This document shows, piece by piece, positions 43,734 through 54,866 of a stretch of DNA of 64,000 nt. The stretch spans positions 1 through 64,000 of the forward strand of contig CBDFJR010000002.1 in NCBI GenBank assembly GCA_965248535.1, written 5' to 3'. The notes under the pieces are model-generated. The model did not search any database, was not told the origin of the DNA, and was given only the letters and a program-made list of their open reading frames with translations. Source of the DNA: Phormidesmis sp. (lineage in GTDB: Bacteria > Cyanobacteriota > Cyanobacteriia > Leptolyngbyales > Leptolyngbyaceae). The translations under genes and the position numbers were made by a program. Positions within the stretch are counted from its first letter, which is position 1. Each line of letters starts with the position of its first letter.

Positions 43734-44948
43734 ATGGTCTTATTGGTAACAGACGTATTTGTGCTCTTAACCCAAGTGTTGCTTTGGGTCGTCGTTGGGC
43801 TTTTCACCTGGTATGTTTTGCTGAGAGCGCTGCCTAAAGCCTTTTTAGGTGGATTAGTGATTTTGCTACTGTTGGGGGTAAGTGCAATCACCTTTTATCG
43901 CGGTGCGCCTGCTGATGGGCTGTTTGGCGATATTTGGCAGGTGATTGCTGTTCCGTTTAGCCCACTGGGGCTGATTTTGATTTTCTTGCTGATCGTCTTA
44001 ACCGAGCTTCTGAGAGGAGGCATATCCAAGACGGGGCTAACGCTGCTGAGGGTGGCGATTCCGCTGCTGCTGATTTTGAGCATTCCGGCGGTCTCGTATT
44101 TTCTGGCTCAACGATCGGAAGCTCAAGCCCTGCAAATCACCCGTGCTGCCCCGGCAGAGTCTCTAGGCGGGGGACGGCGCGTGATTGTAGTGCTAGGTCA
44201 GGGCACGACTCGGCTTCAGCTTAAGCCACGCACGCAGCCTGCCCCTGCCCCAACCCCGGCTCAAAACACTCAGGCTCCCGTGATTCCGCCGCCCGATCCG
44301 TTGTCTGAAGCTGCCTACAATATTTTGACTCAGCAGCCGATTCAGTTGACTGAGGAGGGCGATCGCTTGATCTATGCAGCCCGACTTTACCAAGAAGAAG
44401 CAGCGCGGGGCACGAATCCTCTGATGATTGTGAGTGCTGGGTCTAGAGAAGGGCGCGATCGTAAAGACGGCGATACGCGAGAAAACACGGCAGAATCCAG
44501 AGACATTGTGACGTTTTTGCAAACCCAGGGCGTTCCGGCGGGCAACATTCTTGAAGACAACAATAGCCCTACGGTGCATGACAGCGCGGTTAACGTCAGA
44601 GAGTTGCTGCGCGTTCAGCGAGTCGGCTTTGGCAATCAGCTTTTTTTGGTCACGTCTGCGATCGAGATGAGCCGCGCTGCGCTGACCTTCAATCGAGAGT
44701 TTAATAGCCAGGGATCAGAGACGGTAGTCACGATTATTTCTCGCCCCACTGATTTCTATACGCTGCCCCAGCGCGACTCTCTGCGCCAGCGCACGCAGGG
44801 ACGAGATTTGATCGAGCGCGGGTTCCGGCTAGGAGATCTGTTGCCTAACACTCAGGCCTTTGCTCTGAGTTCTCGTGTGGTTAATGAATACATCACCTCG
44901 ATCTACTATTTCTTGCGGGGGTGGATCAGACCTGTGAGCACGGTCTAG
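43734..44948 (+). CDS. YdcF/DUF218-family membrane protein
   Basis: N-terminal TM helices, then IVVLG, RLIYAARLY, EDNNSPTVHDSA and LVTSAIEMSRA. Confidence 0.75.
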   Translation: MVLLVTDVFVLLTQVLLWVVVGLFTWYVLLRALPKAFLGGLVILLLLGVSAITFYRGAPADGLFGDIWQVIAVPFSPLGLILIFLLIVLTELLRGGISKTGLTLLRVAIPLLLILSIPAVSYFLAQRSEAQALQITRAAPAESLGGGRRVIVVLGQGTTRLQLKPRTQPAPAPTPAQNTQAPVIPPPDPLSEAAYNILTQQPIQLTEEGDRLIYAARLYQEEAARGTNPLMIVSAGSREGRDRKDGDTRENTAESRDIVTFLQTQGVPAGNILEDNNSPTVHDSAVNVRELLRVQRVGFGNQLFLVTSAIEMSRAALTFNREFNSQGSETVVTIISRPTDFYTLPQRDSLRQRTQGRDLIERGFRLGDLLPNTQAFALSSRVVNEYITSIYYFLRGWIRPVSTV

Positions 44949-45033
44949 AAGTCAAGCAAAACTCTCTCGTGCTCCGTCTCTAAGAGATAGCGATAGGATG
45001 AGGGAGTTTCTAAATTTTCGCTAGATCTGAATC

Positions 45034-46794
45034 ATGGCGCGATCGCAACTCCAAAAATTGGGTACTTATTTACGGCCTCACTGGCGTAACACGACCCTAG
45101 GCATCAGCACGCTGCTAGTGGTGAATGCGTTGGGGGTTTACATTCCGCTGTTGATTAGAGACGCGATCGATGAGTTGGGAGTCACCTTCAGCGTTGATCG
45201 AGTCTTGTTTTTTGTCGGGCTGATTCTGATGCTAGCCACGGTGATGTGGTGCGTGCGAATGGTTTCGCGAACGCTGCTGTTTGGTGTGGGGCGACAAGTT
45301 GAGTTTGATCTCAAGCAAAAGATCTTTAATCACCTGCTGAGGCTAGAGCCGTCTTATTTTGCGACGAACACGATCGGAGATCTGATCAACCGGGCAACGA
45401 GCGATGTAGACAATATTCGGCGGCTGCTGGGCTTTGCGGTGCTGAGTTTAGCCAACACGACCTTTGCCTATGCCCTGACGCTGCCTGTGATGATGCGAAT
45501 CAATGTGAGATTGAGTCTGTTAGCAATCTCGGTTTATCCATTTATGTTGATTTTGGTGAATCTATTTAGCCATCAGATGCGAAATCAACAGCTTGCCGTG
45601 CAAGAAGAACTCTCGACCATGAGTGAGTTGATTCAAGAAGACATGAGCGGCATTGCCCTGATCAAGATTTATGCTCAAGAAGAAAACGAGCGATCGGCGT
45701 TTCGGCAACTCAATCGACAATTGCTAAACGCCAACCTGCAACTGGCAAAAACTCGAAATACGCTGTTTCCAATTCTGCAAGGGTTGGGCTACTTAAGCGG
45801 ATTGATCTTGCTGTGGTTTGGGGGCGGCGCGATCGCCAGTGGCGTGATCTCAGTCGGTGATTTCATCGCGCTGTTGCTGCTGGTGGGACAGTTGGTGTTT
45901 CCGACGGCGCTGCTGGGCTTCACGATTACGGCTTATCAGCGAGGCGAAGTCAGTATCGATCGCATTGAGTCAATTCTCACGGTCGAACCCAAAATTCAAG
46001 ATCAACCCGATGCCATTCACCTCTCGCTTGACCAAGTAGAAGGCAGACTGACGGCACAAGATTTGCTTTATATCTATCCCACCAGTGAGCCAGAAAAGGC
46101 GATTCCGGCTTTAAATCACGTTAGTTTTGACATTGCGCCTGGCGAAACGGTAGCGATCGTGGGCGCGATCGGGTCTGGCAAATCGACGTTGGCCAATGCC
46201 CTCCCTCGCCTATTAGATATCGCTCCCGGTCAATTATTGCTGGATGGCTACGACATCACCAGTTTGCGAATTGAGGATTTGAGAAGCGCGATCGCCTATG
46301 TGCCCCAAGAAAGTTTTCTGTTCAGCACGTCGATTAAAAACAACATTCGCTATGGCAAGGTTCACGCTGAGTTATCTGAGGTTGAGTTAGCGGCCAAACA
46401 AGCGCAGATTCACGATGAGATTCTCAACTTTCCGCAGCACTATGAGACGCTCGTGGGTGAACGAGGCATTACCCTTTCTGGCGGGCAACGACAGCGAACG
46501 GCCCTGGCCCGGGCCCTATTGGTTGACAGTCCGATTTTGATTTTAGACGATGCCCTGTCGAGCGTGGACAACCAGACCGCCACCCAGATTTTGAGAAATC
46601 TTTCAGAAGGAACCCAGCGTAAAACTGTGGTGTTTATCTCTCACCAACTTTCGGCGGCGGCCTCAGCCGATCGCATTTTTGTGATGGATCAAGGGCAAAT
46701 CGTGCAGTCAGGAACCCATGGACAATTGCTAGAGACAAATGGACTATATCGAACGCTGTGGAATCAAAACAAACTCGAAGAAGCGCTGAACTAG
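45034..46794 (+). CDS. ABC exporter (fused permease/ATPase)
   Basis: TM domain plus GAIGSGKST, LSGGQRQR and ILDD. Confidence 0.95.
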   Translation: MARSQLQKLGTYLRPHWRNTTLGISTLLVVNALGVYIPLLIRDAIDELGVTFSVDRVLFFVGLILMLATVMWCVRMVSRTLLFGVGRQVEFDLKQKIFNHLLRLEPSYFATNTIGDLINRATSDVDNIRRLLGFAVLSLANTTFAYALTLPVMMRINVRLSLLAISVYPFMLILVNLFSHQMRNQQLAVQEELSTMSELIQEDMSGIALIKIYAQEENERSAFRQLNRQLLNANLQLAKTRNTLFPILQGLGYLSGLILLWFGGGAIASGVISVGDFIALLLLVGQLVFPTALLGFTITAYQRGEVSIDRIESILTVEPKIQDQPDAIHLSLDQVEGRLTAQDLLYIYPTSEPEKAIPALNHVSFDIAPGETVAIVGAIGSGKSTLANALPRLLDIAPGQLLLDGYDITSLRIEDLRSAIAYVPQESFLFSTSIKNNIRYGKVHAELSEVELAAKQAQIHDEILNFPQHYETLVGERGITLSGGQRQRTALARALLVDSPILILDDALSSVDNQTATQILRNLSEGTQRKTVVFISHQLSAAASADRIFVMDQGQIVQSGTHGQLLETNGLYRTLWNQNKLEEALN

Positions 46795-46818
46795 ATCAAG
46801 CAAGAACACTTGAGCCGT

Positions 46819-49105
46819 TTACTGTTTATTCGAGAGTGCTCTGAATTCGTATTGGTGGCCCGATCGCTCTGCCATCACCTTCACCAGTTCGAGATCGATC
46901 GGGCGATCGCCGCTCTCAGAAAACTTGACTGGATGAATGGCTCCCATCACCGAGAAATCTGGACTTGCCAGCGATCGCCGAATTCCGTTGCGAGTGGGCG
47001 TGTGCTGAAGTGCCCCAATCAGCGCCTCGGTCGCGTCGTAGGCCAACACCGTTCGCCACCGCACCGGGCTGCCCCAAAGGGTCTTGGCTTGCTTTTGAAA
47101 CGCAGATTTTGAGATTTCAACCTGATAAGACGGCACGGCTAAAACCATTCCTGCCGCAGGCTTGCCCCCAATTTGCAGCGTTTTGGGTGAGTAGAGAGCA
47201 TCCCCCGCTAAAAGAGGCAGCCGATTTTGATTGGCGTTAATCACCAACAGGGCCCGATCGAAGAATTCGTTATTGGGCGCAAGCATGATCACCTGTGCCC
47301 CTTTGTGAATCGCCTGATCCACACTTTCAACCGGGTTAAAGTCTGGTTTGCTCAAATCGATCGCGTCGATCACTTGTCCACGATCGCCATAGAACAGTGC
47401 TTTGCTAAATTCGTCTTTGAGAGAGCGGCTATAGGCACTAGCAGAATTAAAAAACACCGCGACTTTGCGTTTTTTAAGCTGCGTCACCATATAGTTGCCT
47501 AGCTGTTTTGCAGGCAGTTGATCACTAGGCATGGTGCGAAACAGATAGGGACTAAACCCCGATAGCTCAACCGCAGAACTCACCGGAGAGATGGCCACAA
47601 GTTCGCCAGATTGATAGATTTTGCCAGCAGCGAGAGTGGTGTCACTGCTGCCGTGACCAATCACCCCTAGAACAGCCGGGTCATCTACGAGCGCTTTGGC
47701 CACTTGTCGAGCCACGTCTAGCTCACTGTTATCGGTGGCGATTGCCACTTTTAGCTGCACCCCATTGATGCCTCCGGCTTGGTTGACCTGATTTTGGGCC
47801 TGGGCGACTCCTTGCAAAACTTCTGCCGAAGACCCTGGTTGAGTGCTAAGGGGCACCACCACGGCAACGGTGTAAAATTTTTGCTGACCGATGCGAGCGT
47901 TATTAAGATAGATCAGTGTTTCGGGGTCAGCGATATTGGCGCGGCGCGCTTTTTCTAACAGAGTGGTCGCCTGTTTGAGGTTTCCGGCGGCGATCTGATC
48001 GGTGGCTTCTTGCTTGAGCGGCGGCACGGTGCCAGGGGTGAGAATTTTTTCTCCAACGCTAATTTGGGTTTGAATCAAACTCGGACGGACGATCGCAAGA
48101 TCTGGAGGCGTTTGGGTGCGGGTCATTGTCCAAGCGGCCACTAGGGAAGCCGCTACACCGAGACCTGCGGCGATCGTCACGGGCATGGCCGTCTCTAGGG
48201 ATCAATCGAGGTCGAGGCGACTTCCGATCAACCGCATCTCGCCCTGCATCCAATCGAGACAGGGGAATCTGAGTTTGACCGTCTTCCTGGAGCTTTTGCA
48301 GAGCGTCTAGGGCTTCAGCAGCCGTTTGATAGCGCTGGTTAAAGTGAAACTTGGTCATCTTTTCTAGCACGGCAGCGAGGTTAGGCGGCACGTCGATCAG
48401 ATCTCGCCACACGAGTTCGCAGGTGTTGGGGTCTTGGGGCAGTTGCACCGGGCGCACCCCGGTTAAAGCCTGGATGCCGATCACCCCCAGCGCATAGACA
48501 TCGCTGCTAAATCGCGGTTTGCCCAAACACTGCTCACTGGCTCCATAGCCTGACGTGTAGACGGGCAGGCTCATATCAGTTAGGTTGGTGGTTTCGACGA
48601 TCGTTTGGCCGATGGTTTTGACGGCACCAAAATCGATCAGCACTAATTTTTGATCACGATCGCGACGAATCAAGTTATCCGGTTTGATATCTCGATGAAT
48701 GACACCTTGAGCATGGACAAATTCCAGGATGCTCAAGACATCTTCTAACAGCAAAATCACCTGGTCTTCAGAAAGCGTTCTTCCGGGCAGCAGTTCGTCA
48801 CTGAGGGGATGCCCTTCGATATATTCTTGAACGAGATAAAACTCTTTGTCTTCTTCAAAATAGGCTAGCAGTCGCGGAATTTGATCGTGTTCACCCAGCT
48901 TCTCTAGAGTTTCTGCCTCTGAGAGAAACATTCGCCGCGCTTGCTGCAAAATAGCGGGATTATGGCTAGCAAAACTGAGATGTTTTAAGACACACAAAGG
49001 GTTCCCAGGGCGCTGAGTATCCTGAGTGACATAAGTGTGACCAAATCCGCCTGACCCCAGCACCCTGACGATTCGATAGCGCGAACTGAGCAATCGTCCT
49101 AACAT
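46819..49105 (-). CDS. Ser/Thr kinase fused to a TM helix and a LivJ-like periplasmic binding domain (apparent 1-nt insertion near 48198-48200)
   Basis: Kinase motifs GSGGFG, HRDIKPDN and DFG in 48059-49105; TM plus substrate-binding fold in 46819-48186. Removing one base of GGG joins them as RLILETAMPVTIAAG. Confidence 0.85.
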
Positions 49106-49192
49106 TGCACCCGTAGATGGTAGACCACTTGATTGTAGGGCGATATGTAGAGGAGGGATGAGGGGTGAAGCCTGAAAGTTGGGGATCTGTTG

Positions 49193-49549
49193 CTATCGGC
49201 TGCGCGTTAGATCGATCGCGATTTTCCCCCCAAAGTCAGGAATCGGAGCCGCAGGTTTGATCAACTGCACCCGCACCTGAGCCACCCGATCGAACTTGAG
49301 AACCGATTCTGCAATTATTGTGGCCAGTCTCTCTAGCAAAATTAAATGAGAAGTTTTGATTAAGTGCTGCACGATTTCGATCACGTCGCAATAATTGAGG
49401 GTGTGGGACAGTTGATCGGTTTGTCCGGCTTGAGAGAGATCAATCCACAGCGTTAAATCGACTTCAAACCACTGCCCTAATCGCTGCTCTTCGGGCAATG
49501 CCCCCGTGTAGCCATAGCCCCGAATGCCCGTTAAGTGAATACAGTCCAT
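49193..49549 (-). CDS. folB: Dihydroneopterin aldolase
   Basis: GYTGALPEEQRLGQWFEVD, TLNY, LLERLA and KPAAP motifs. Confidence 0.93.
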   Translation of the reverse strand: MDCIHLTGIRGYGYTGALPEEQRLGQWFEVDLTLWIDLSQAGQTDQLSHTLNYCDVIEIVQHLIKTSHLILLERLATIIAESVLKFDRVAQVRVQLIKPAAPIPDFGGKIAIDLTRSR

Positions 49550-51016
49550 TTATTTAAACCCGTAACCTTTTTGAATATAGTAGTTCTTGATCCACACGCC
49601 AAATCGAACCACTGGGACAGTAATGGGTTGTGTAACGCGATCGAACTTTGCCAGTAGTTTTGACTGTACTGGAAACCAATCATCTGACAGAATGACGGCG
49701 TTTTTTCCTACAAACAGTGAATCGTCGGGATACCAAAAATCGAATTGATCGACCCGATCGGCGATCGCCATCACATCACGATTATTTAGCTGATAGGCTA
49801 GCGCTGATGCCGATCGATAGTCGGTGGTGATTAACAAGGGTGAAGTCTGAAACTCGGCTGTCTGCTGTTGCACAACGGCGGCGATTTCATTCCAGCCATA
49901 CAGCATTCGCGAATCGGGATCAGCGTCTTGGCTAATCAGGGCTGATAATGGTAGAAAGCAATAATGGATAACTAGTAGAGTTGCAAACAATAAACCGTAA
50001 ATCTGAAAGCCATAAAACGCTTTAGACTTAGAACTTGAAACACGAGTAAAGTATGCAGGAAGTAAAGGAAATAATAGAAGATAAGCCGTAATATTCCAAT
50101 AATAAAGCGCCGCAGAGATTAGAGAAATAATCGTCAGAATAATCGTAGAGACTGTAAATATCCAGAATGCAACGATGGGATAAACAGAATCAGCGCGAAT
50201 CAAAGAGCTAGACTGCTTAAAGCTTTGATAAAATCCTCGCCAATAGAAAGGAGAAACAACCAAAAGTGAAATGCCAATAAAAGCAAGACACGATTCTAAT
50301 TTAATGCCGCCGTTAATAGGATGAATGCTGCGATCGACATAATAGTGAAAGGACTGAAAATCATTAGAGAGATTCCAGATCAGAATCGGGATCAAGGCAC
50401 TGCTGGCGATCGCAATTGCTAAATAGAGTCGGCGATCGCGCAAAAATGGTCTCAGGCGGCGATCGGCGATCATCGCCGCGAAATATCCCAACGGGACAAA
50501 TACGGCATTATATTTGCACAATATTGCCAAGGCGATCGCAACGGCTGACCCATAGAGTCGCCAATTCTCTCCTGTTTGATGAAGGACATAGCGATCAAGA
50601 AATGTAATAAATAAATATGCAGAAACTAACGAAAACATGATCATTAAGTGATCGTGCCAAGCCAAACCTAAAAACAAAAAATATAGCGGAGATGCTAGCA
50701 CCAGCAGGATCACGAATCTGAAATAAGACTGAACGCGATCGCGATAGAGATAATGCACTATTCGATAATAAGTATATCCAATCACGCCACTGCTAATCAG
50801 ATTGGGCAACCGCAGCGTAAACGTCGATCGTCCTAAAGCCGCCGTAAAGATGCCTTGCACCCACGCATTCAAAGGCGGATGGTCATAATAAGACCAGTCT
50901 GGATGTTGACCCCACAGCCAATAATAAGCCTCGTCAGGGTTGGGAAACGCCGTCAGCCAAAACACCAGCCGCAGCACCCCAAACGCGATCAGCACCCACC
51001 CCCAAGATTTAGGCAT
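49550..51016 (-). CDS. GT-C glycosyltransferase (ArnT/PMT-like, family 39/83)
   Basis: PDEAYYW and YYDHPPL motifs with many TM helices. Confidence 0.88.
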   Translation of the reverse strand: MPKSWGWVLIAFGVLRLVFWLTAFPNPDEAYYWLWGQHPDWSYYDHPPLNAWVQGIFTAALGRSTFTLRLPNLISSGVIGYTYYRIVHYLYRDRVQSYFRFVILLVLASPLYFLFLGLAWHDHLMIMFSLVSAYLFITFLDRYVLHQTGENWRLYGSAVAIALAILCKYNAVFVPLGYFAAMIADRRLRPFLRDRRLYLAIAIASSALIPILIWNLSNDFQSFHYYVDRSIHPINGGIKLESCLAFIGISLLVVSPFYWRGFYQSFKQSSSLIRADSVYPIVAFWIFTVSTIILTIISLISAALYYWNITAYLLLFPLLPAYFTRVSSSKSKAFYGFQIYGLLFATLLVIHYCFLPLSALISQDADPDSRMLYGWNEIAAVVQQQTAEFQTSPLLITTDYRSASALAYQLNNRDVMAIADRVDQFDFWYPDDSLFVGKNAVILSDDWFPVQSKLLAKFDRVTQPITVPVVRFGVWIKNYYIQKGYGFK

Positions 51017-51094
51017 TCAAAAAAATCATCAGTTCAGTTACAAAAGTTCAAAAAACTTTTAGTGATCGCTCGTCTTCTACGATCGTTAAATTTA

Positions 51095-51136
51095 GTACAT
51101 CACGATGCACTTTGATCGAATAAAAAGTCTTATATT
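51095..51136 (+). promoter_or_regulatory. NtcA-activated (class II) promoter candidate
   Basis: GTA-CATCACGA-TGC, exactly 22 nt, then TATATT; consensus is GTA-N8-TAC-N22-TAN3T (one mismatch). Confidence 0.65.
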
Positions 51137-51163
51137 CATTCATCATCCTTCACTCGGTTGCGT

Positions 51164-52258
51164 ATGGTGACTAGCGCTCGTTGGCGTAAAACGTTAGAAG
51201 CGATCTCGATTCCGATCGCGGCTCTAATTTTTTCACTCTTTTTGTTTGGTTTGTTTTGTGCGGCGGCGGGGGCCAATCCCTTTGCGGTCTATGGGGCGAT
51301 TTATGACGCGGCATTTGGCAGTTGGTTTGCCTTTCAAAACACCCTGATTCGCGCCGCGCCGCTCATGCTAACTTCCCTATGCACTGCCCTGCCTGCCCGA
51401 CTGGGGCTAATGATCATTGGCAACGAAGGGGCGTTGGTGATGGGCGGAATCGCCTCGATCGCCGCAGGACTCAGCGTTGCCGATTTTGCCCCCGCGATCG
51501 TGGTTCAACTCGTGATGGCGATCGCGGGCATTTTTGCCGGAGGGGTGTGGATCGCCATTGTCGGAGCGTTGCGCCACTATCGAGCCGTCAACGAAACGAT
51601 CAGCAGCCTGTTGATGAACTACATCGCGATCGCCATTCTCAACCATCTCGTCGGCGGCCCGATGCGCGATCCCTCGTCGCTCAACAAACCCTCGACGTTT
51701 CCGATTCCTGATGCCGACAAGCTGGGCAACATTCCCTTTACGCGGGTTCATTACGGCTTGCTTTACGGGATTGTGGTTTGCATCATTGCCTATATTTTGA
51801 TTCAGCGCACCACCTTTGGGTTTGCAGCCCGCACAGCAGGCGGAAACGTCAAAGCTGCTCGAATTGCCGGGTTGCCTGTCGGCAAATTGACGATCGCCAT
51901 CTGCTTTTTAGCCGGGTCGTGTGCCGGGCTAGCCGGAATGGTCGAAGTTGCCGCCGTCCACGGTCGAGCCAATGAATCGCTAAACGCGAACTATGGCTAT
52001 GCGGGCATTTTGGTGGCCTTTATTGCGCGATATAACCCGATCGCAGCCAGCGTGGTCGCCATTCTGCTCGGCGGCATTCTCGCCAGTGGCAGCATTTTGC
52101 AGCGAAAGTTATTTTTGCCCGATGCCACGGTCTATGTGTTTCAGGGCTTGGTGTTTCTCGTCGTGCTTTACAGCGAGTCGCTCTACGGACGGTTTGCTGT
52201 GTTTAAAGAACCCGAAGTATCTCGCCCGACTTCTACATCGGCAACCGTGACGAGCTGA
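51164..52258 (+). CDS. ABC importer permease (nucleoside/CUT2 type)
   Basis: IGNEG, VNETISSLLMNY and YGYAGILVAF motifs. Confidence 0.9.
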   Translation: MVTSARWRKTLEAISIPIAALIFSLFLFGLFCAAAGANPFAVYGAIYDAAFGSWFAFQNTLIRAAPLMLTSLCTALPARLGLMIIGNEGALVMGGIASIAAGLSVADFAPAIVVQLVMAIAGIFAGGVWIAIVGALRHYRAVNETISSLLMNYIAIAILNHLVGGPMRDPSSLNKPSTFPIPDADKLGNIPFTRVHYGLLYGIVVCIIAYILIQRTTFGFAARTAGGNVKAARIAGLPVGKLTIAICFLAGSCAGLAGMVEVAAVHGRANESLNANYGYAGILVAFIARYNPIAASVVAILLGGILASGSILQRKLFLPDATVYVFQGLVFLVVLYSESLYGRFAVFKEPEVSRPTSTSATVTS

Positions 52259-52302
52259 ATTCTCGACGATCGCATCCTAATCAATTCACAGGAGAGACTT
52301 AA

Positions 52303-53250
52303 ATGGCAACCGAAGCACTAGGCTGGTGGGGCGTTCCGTTGGGAATCATGGCCGGGATGCTGCGCGGCAGCGCCCCCTTCTTATTTGTGAGTTTGGGCGA
52401 GTGCCTGACCGAAAAAAGCGGCAAAGTCAACCTGGGGTTAGAAGGAACGCTGTTGACCGGAGCAATGAGCGCCTACGCCGTTTCTTATCTGACCGAAAAG
52501 AGTGTCGGAGCGGCGATTTCTCCCTGGTTGGGCGTTTTGGTGGCAGGTCTAGCCGGAATGGTTTTAGGCTTTATTCACGCTTGGCTGTCGCAGCAGCCCA
52601 ACGTCAATGATGTCGCCGTGGGCATTGCCATGATTATTTTTGGCAGCGGCATTGCCTTCTTTTTAGGAAAACCGTTTATTCAACCGCCTGCTCCCCAACT
52701 GCCCGCGTTTGAATTGGGTGCCTGGAGCAGCATTCCTCAAATTCAATCGGCTTTAAAAGTGAGTCCGCTGCTGATCATCGGAGTGTTGCTTGCGCCGTTG
52801 ATGACCTGGTTTTTTAAGTCTACGCGCTGGGGTTTGTTTATTAGAGCGGTGGGCGATAGCCCCGATGCAGCGTTAGCGATGGGCATCTCGATCGCTAAAG
52901 TCAGAATGCTGTGCATCATCGCTGGCAGCTTTTTAGCCGGAATTGGCGGGGCTTATTTGTCGCTCTATTATCCCGGTAGCTGGTCAGAGCGCATTTCTAG
53001 CGGTCAGGGTTTAATGGCGGTGGCGCTGGTGATCTTTGCGCGCTGGAATCCGATTAACTGCCTTTGGGCCTCGCTGCTGTTTGGCGGCGCACAAGCGATC
53101 GGGCCATCTTTGCAAGCGATCGGGGTTGAGGGCGGCTACTATCTCTTCAACGCATCGCCTTATATTCTGACGCTGCTGATCATGATTGTGACCTGTTCTC
53201 CTAAAAAGCGGCTCACGGGCGCACCGGGCGCTTTGGGTACGCTGACTTAA
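52303..53250 (+). CDS. ABC importer permease 2 (nucleoside/CUT2 type)
   Basis: EKSGKVNLGLEG, RAVGDSP and GQGLMAVALVIFARWNP motifs. Confidence 0.92.
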   Translation: MATEALGWWGVPLGIMAGMLRGSAPFLFVSLGECLTEKSGKVNLGLEGTLLTGAMSAYAVSYLTEKSVGAAISPWLGVLVAGLAGMVLGFIHAWLSQQPNVNDVAVGIAMIIFGSGIAFFLGKPFIQPPAPQLPAFELGAWSSIPQIQSALKVSPLLIIGVLLAPLMTWFFKSTRWGLFIRAVGDSPDAALAMGISIAKVRMLCIIAGSFLAGIGGAYLSLYYPGSWSERISSGQGLMAVALVIFARWNPINCLWASLLFGGAQAIGPSLQAIGVEGGYYLFNASPYILTLLIMIVTCSPKKRLTGAPGALGTLT

Positions 53251-53305
53251 CGCGATTTGAGCCGACCGTTCCCGTGTTCTAACCTTCTAAATTTCAGTAA
53301 AAGTC

Positions 53306-54853
53306 ATGAATTCAGCCATCGAAACGATTCAAACTAAAGAACTCGACCTACCTCCCGAACTCGAAGTTGTGGAGATGACCAAGCAATTTGGTCAACTGAT
53401 CGCCCTCGATCAAGTGTCGTTGACGCTCAAACCCGGCACGTTTCATGCCCTGTTAGGCGAAAACGGAGCCGGAAAAAGCACCCTCGTGAAATGCGTGATG
53501 GGGTTTTATCAGCCCACGTCTGGCGAGGTGCGATTTAATCAGCAGGTGCAGACGATCGCTAGCCCCCGCGATGCCCAAAAACACGGCATTGGCATGGTCT
53601 ATCAGCACTTCACCTCTGTTCCGGCGATGACCGTGGCCGAAAATTTGGTGCTCTGCCGCTATGAAAGTGCCGCGCTGATCGACTGGAAAGCTGAACACGA
53701 AATTCTCAACGCTTTTATGGAGACGGCTCCGTTTAAGCTGCCGCTGAGAGCGATCGTGGCCCAACTCGCCGCCGGAGAAAAGCAAAAATTAGAGATTCTC
53801 AAACAGCTTTATCTCAAGAGCAAAATTCTGATTTTAGACGAGCCAACTTCAGTGCTAACGCCCGGTGAAGCCGATGAAGTGCTGGGCTTGATTCGTCAAG
53901 AAGTCGTCGCGGGTCATCTAAGCGTGCTGTTGATCAGTCATAAATTTCGCGAGGTGACAGCATTTGTAGACGAGATCACTGTCTTGCGAAAGGGCAAATT
54001 TGCGGGGAGCGGCAGCGTTAAAGATCTGACGATCGCCGATATGGCAGAGATGATGATGGGCGAAAAACGCGCTCCCCAAAAAGTCGCGAAGACCGTGCAG
54101 CCCAATCCGGCTTCGGTGCTGCAAATTCAGGACATTCACGCCAATAAAGACAATGGGCTAGCCGCCGTCTTGGGGGTCAATCTGACGGTCAATAGTGGTG
54201 AAATTGTCGGCATTGCAGGCATTTCGGGCAACGGACAGCGCGAATTAGTCGAAGTCTTGGCAGGTCAACGCATCGCCACTGCCGGGCAGGTGTTGGTCAA
54301 TGGCGAAGTCTATCGGGCCAGTCGCCGCGAAATGTATCGGCATCAAGTGTTTGTGTTGCCAGAAGAGCCGCTCAAAAATGCCTGTGTGCCTCACATGAGC
54401 GTAGCGGAGAATTTAGCCCTGCGAACCTTCGATCGGGCACCTCAAGCCAAGGGCTGGATGCTGCTGTTTAAGCCGATTAGAGCGGCTGCCCAGAGTTTGA
54501 TTAAAACCTTCAAGATTAAAACGCCTTCTCCTGAAACGCCGATCAGCAATTTATCGGGCGGAAACGTTCAGCGCACTGTTCTGGCCAGAGAGCTATCGTC
54601 AGATCACATCAAGCTGCTGATTGCTGCCAACCCTTGTTTTGGGCTAGATTTCGCGGCGGTCGATTACATTCACAGCGAAATTTTAGAGGCTCGAAATCGT
54701 GGCGTAGCGGTGCTGCTGGTCAGCGAAGACCTAGACGAGTTGCTGAAATTGTCCGATCGCATTCTCGTGATCAGTGAGGGCAAATTTGCCTATGAGAGCC
54801 TGATCGCTACGGCTGATTTTGCCGCGATCGGGCGCAGCATGGCAGGACATTAG
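53306..54853 (+). CDS. ABC importer ATP-binding protein (tandem NBD)
   Basis: [22 protein letters not shown] and SEDLDE motifs. Confidence 0.95.
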   Translation: MNSAIETIQTKELDLPPELEVVEMTKQFGQLIALDQVSLTLKPGTFHALLGENGAGKSTLVKCVMGFYQPTSGEVRFNQQVQTIASPRDAQKHGIGMVYQHFTSVPAMTVAENLVLCRYESAALIDWKAEHEILNAFMETAPFKLPLRAIVAQLAAGEKQKLEILKQLYLKSKILILDEPTSVLTPGEADEVLGLIRQEVVAGHLSVLLISHKFREVTAFVDEITVLRKGKFAGSGSVKDLTIADMAEMMMGEKRAPQKVAKTVQPNPASVLQIQDIHANKDNGLAAVLGVNLTVNSGEIVGIAGISGNGQRELVEVLAGQRIATAGQVLVNGEVYRASRREMYRHQVFVLPEEPLKNACVPHMSVAENLALRTFDRAPQAKGWMLLFKPIRAAAQSLIKTFKIKTPSPETPISNLSGGNVQRTVLARELSSDHIKLLIAANPCFGLDFAAVDYIHSEILEARNRGVAVLLVSEDLDELLKLSDRILVISEGKFAYESLIATADFAAIGRSMAGH

Positions 54854-54866
54854 TGTGAAAACTCCT

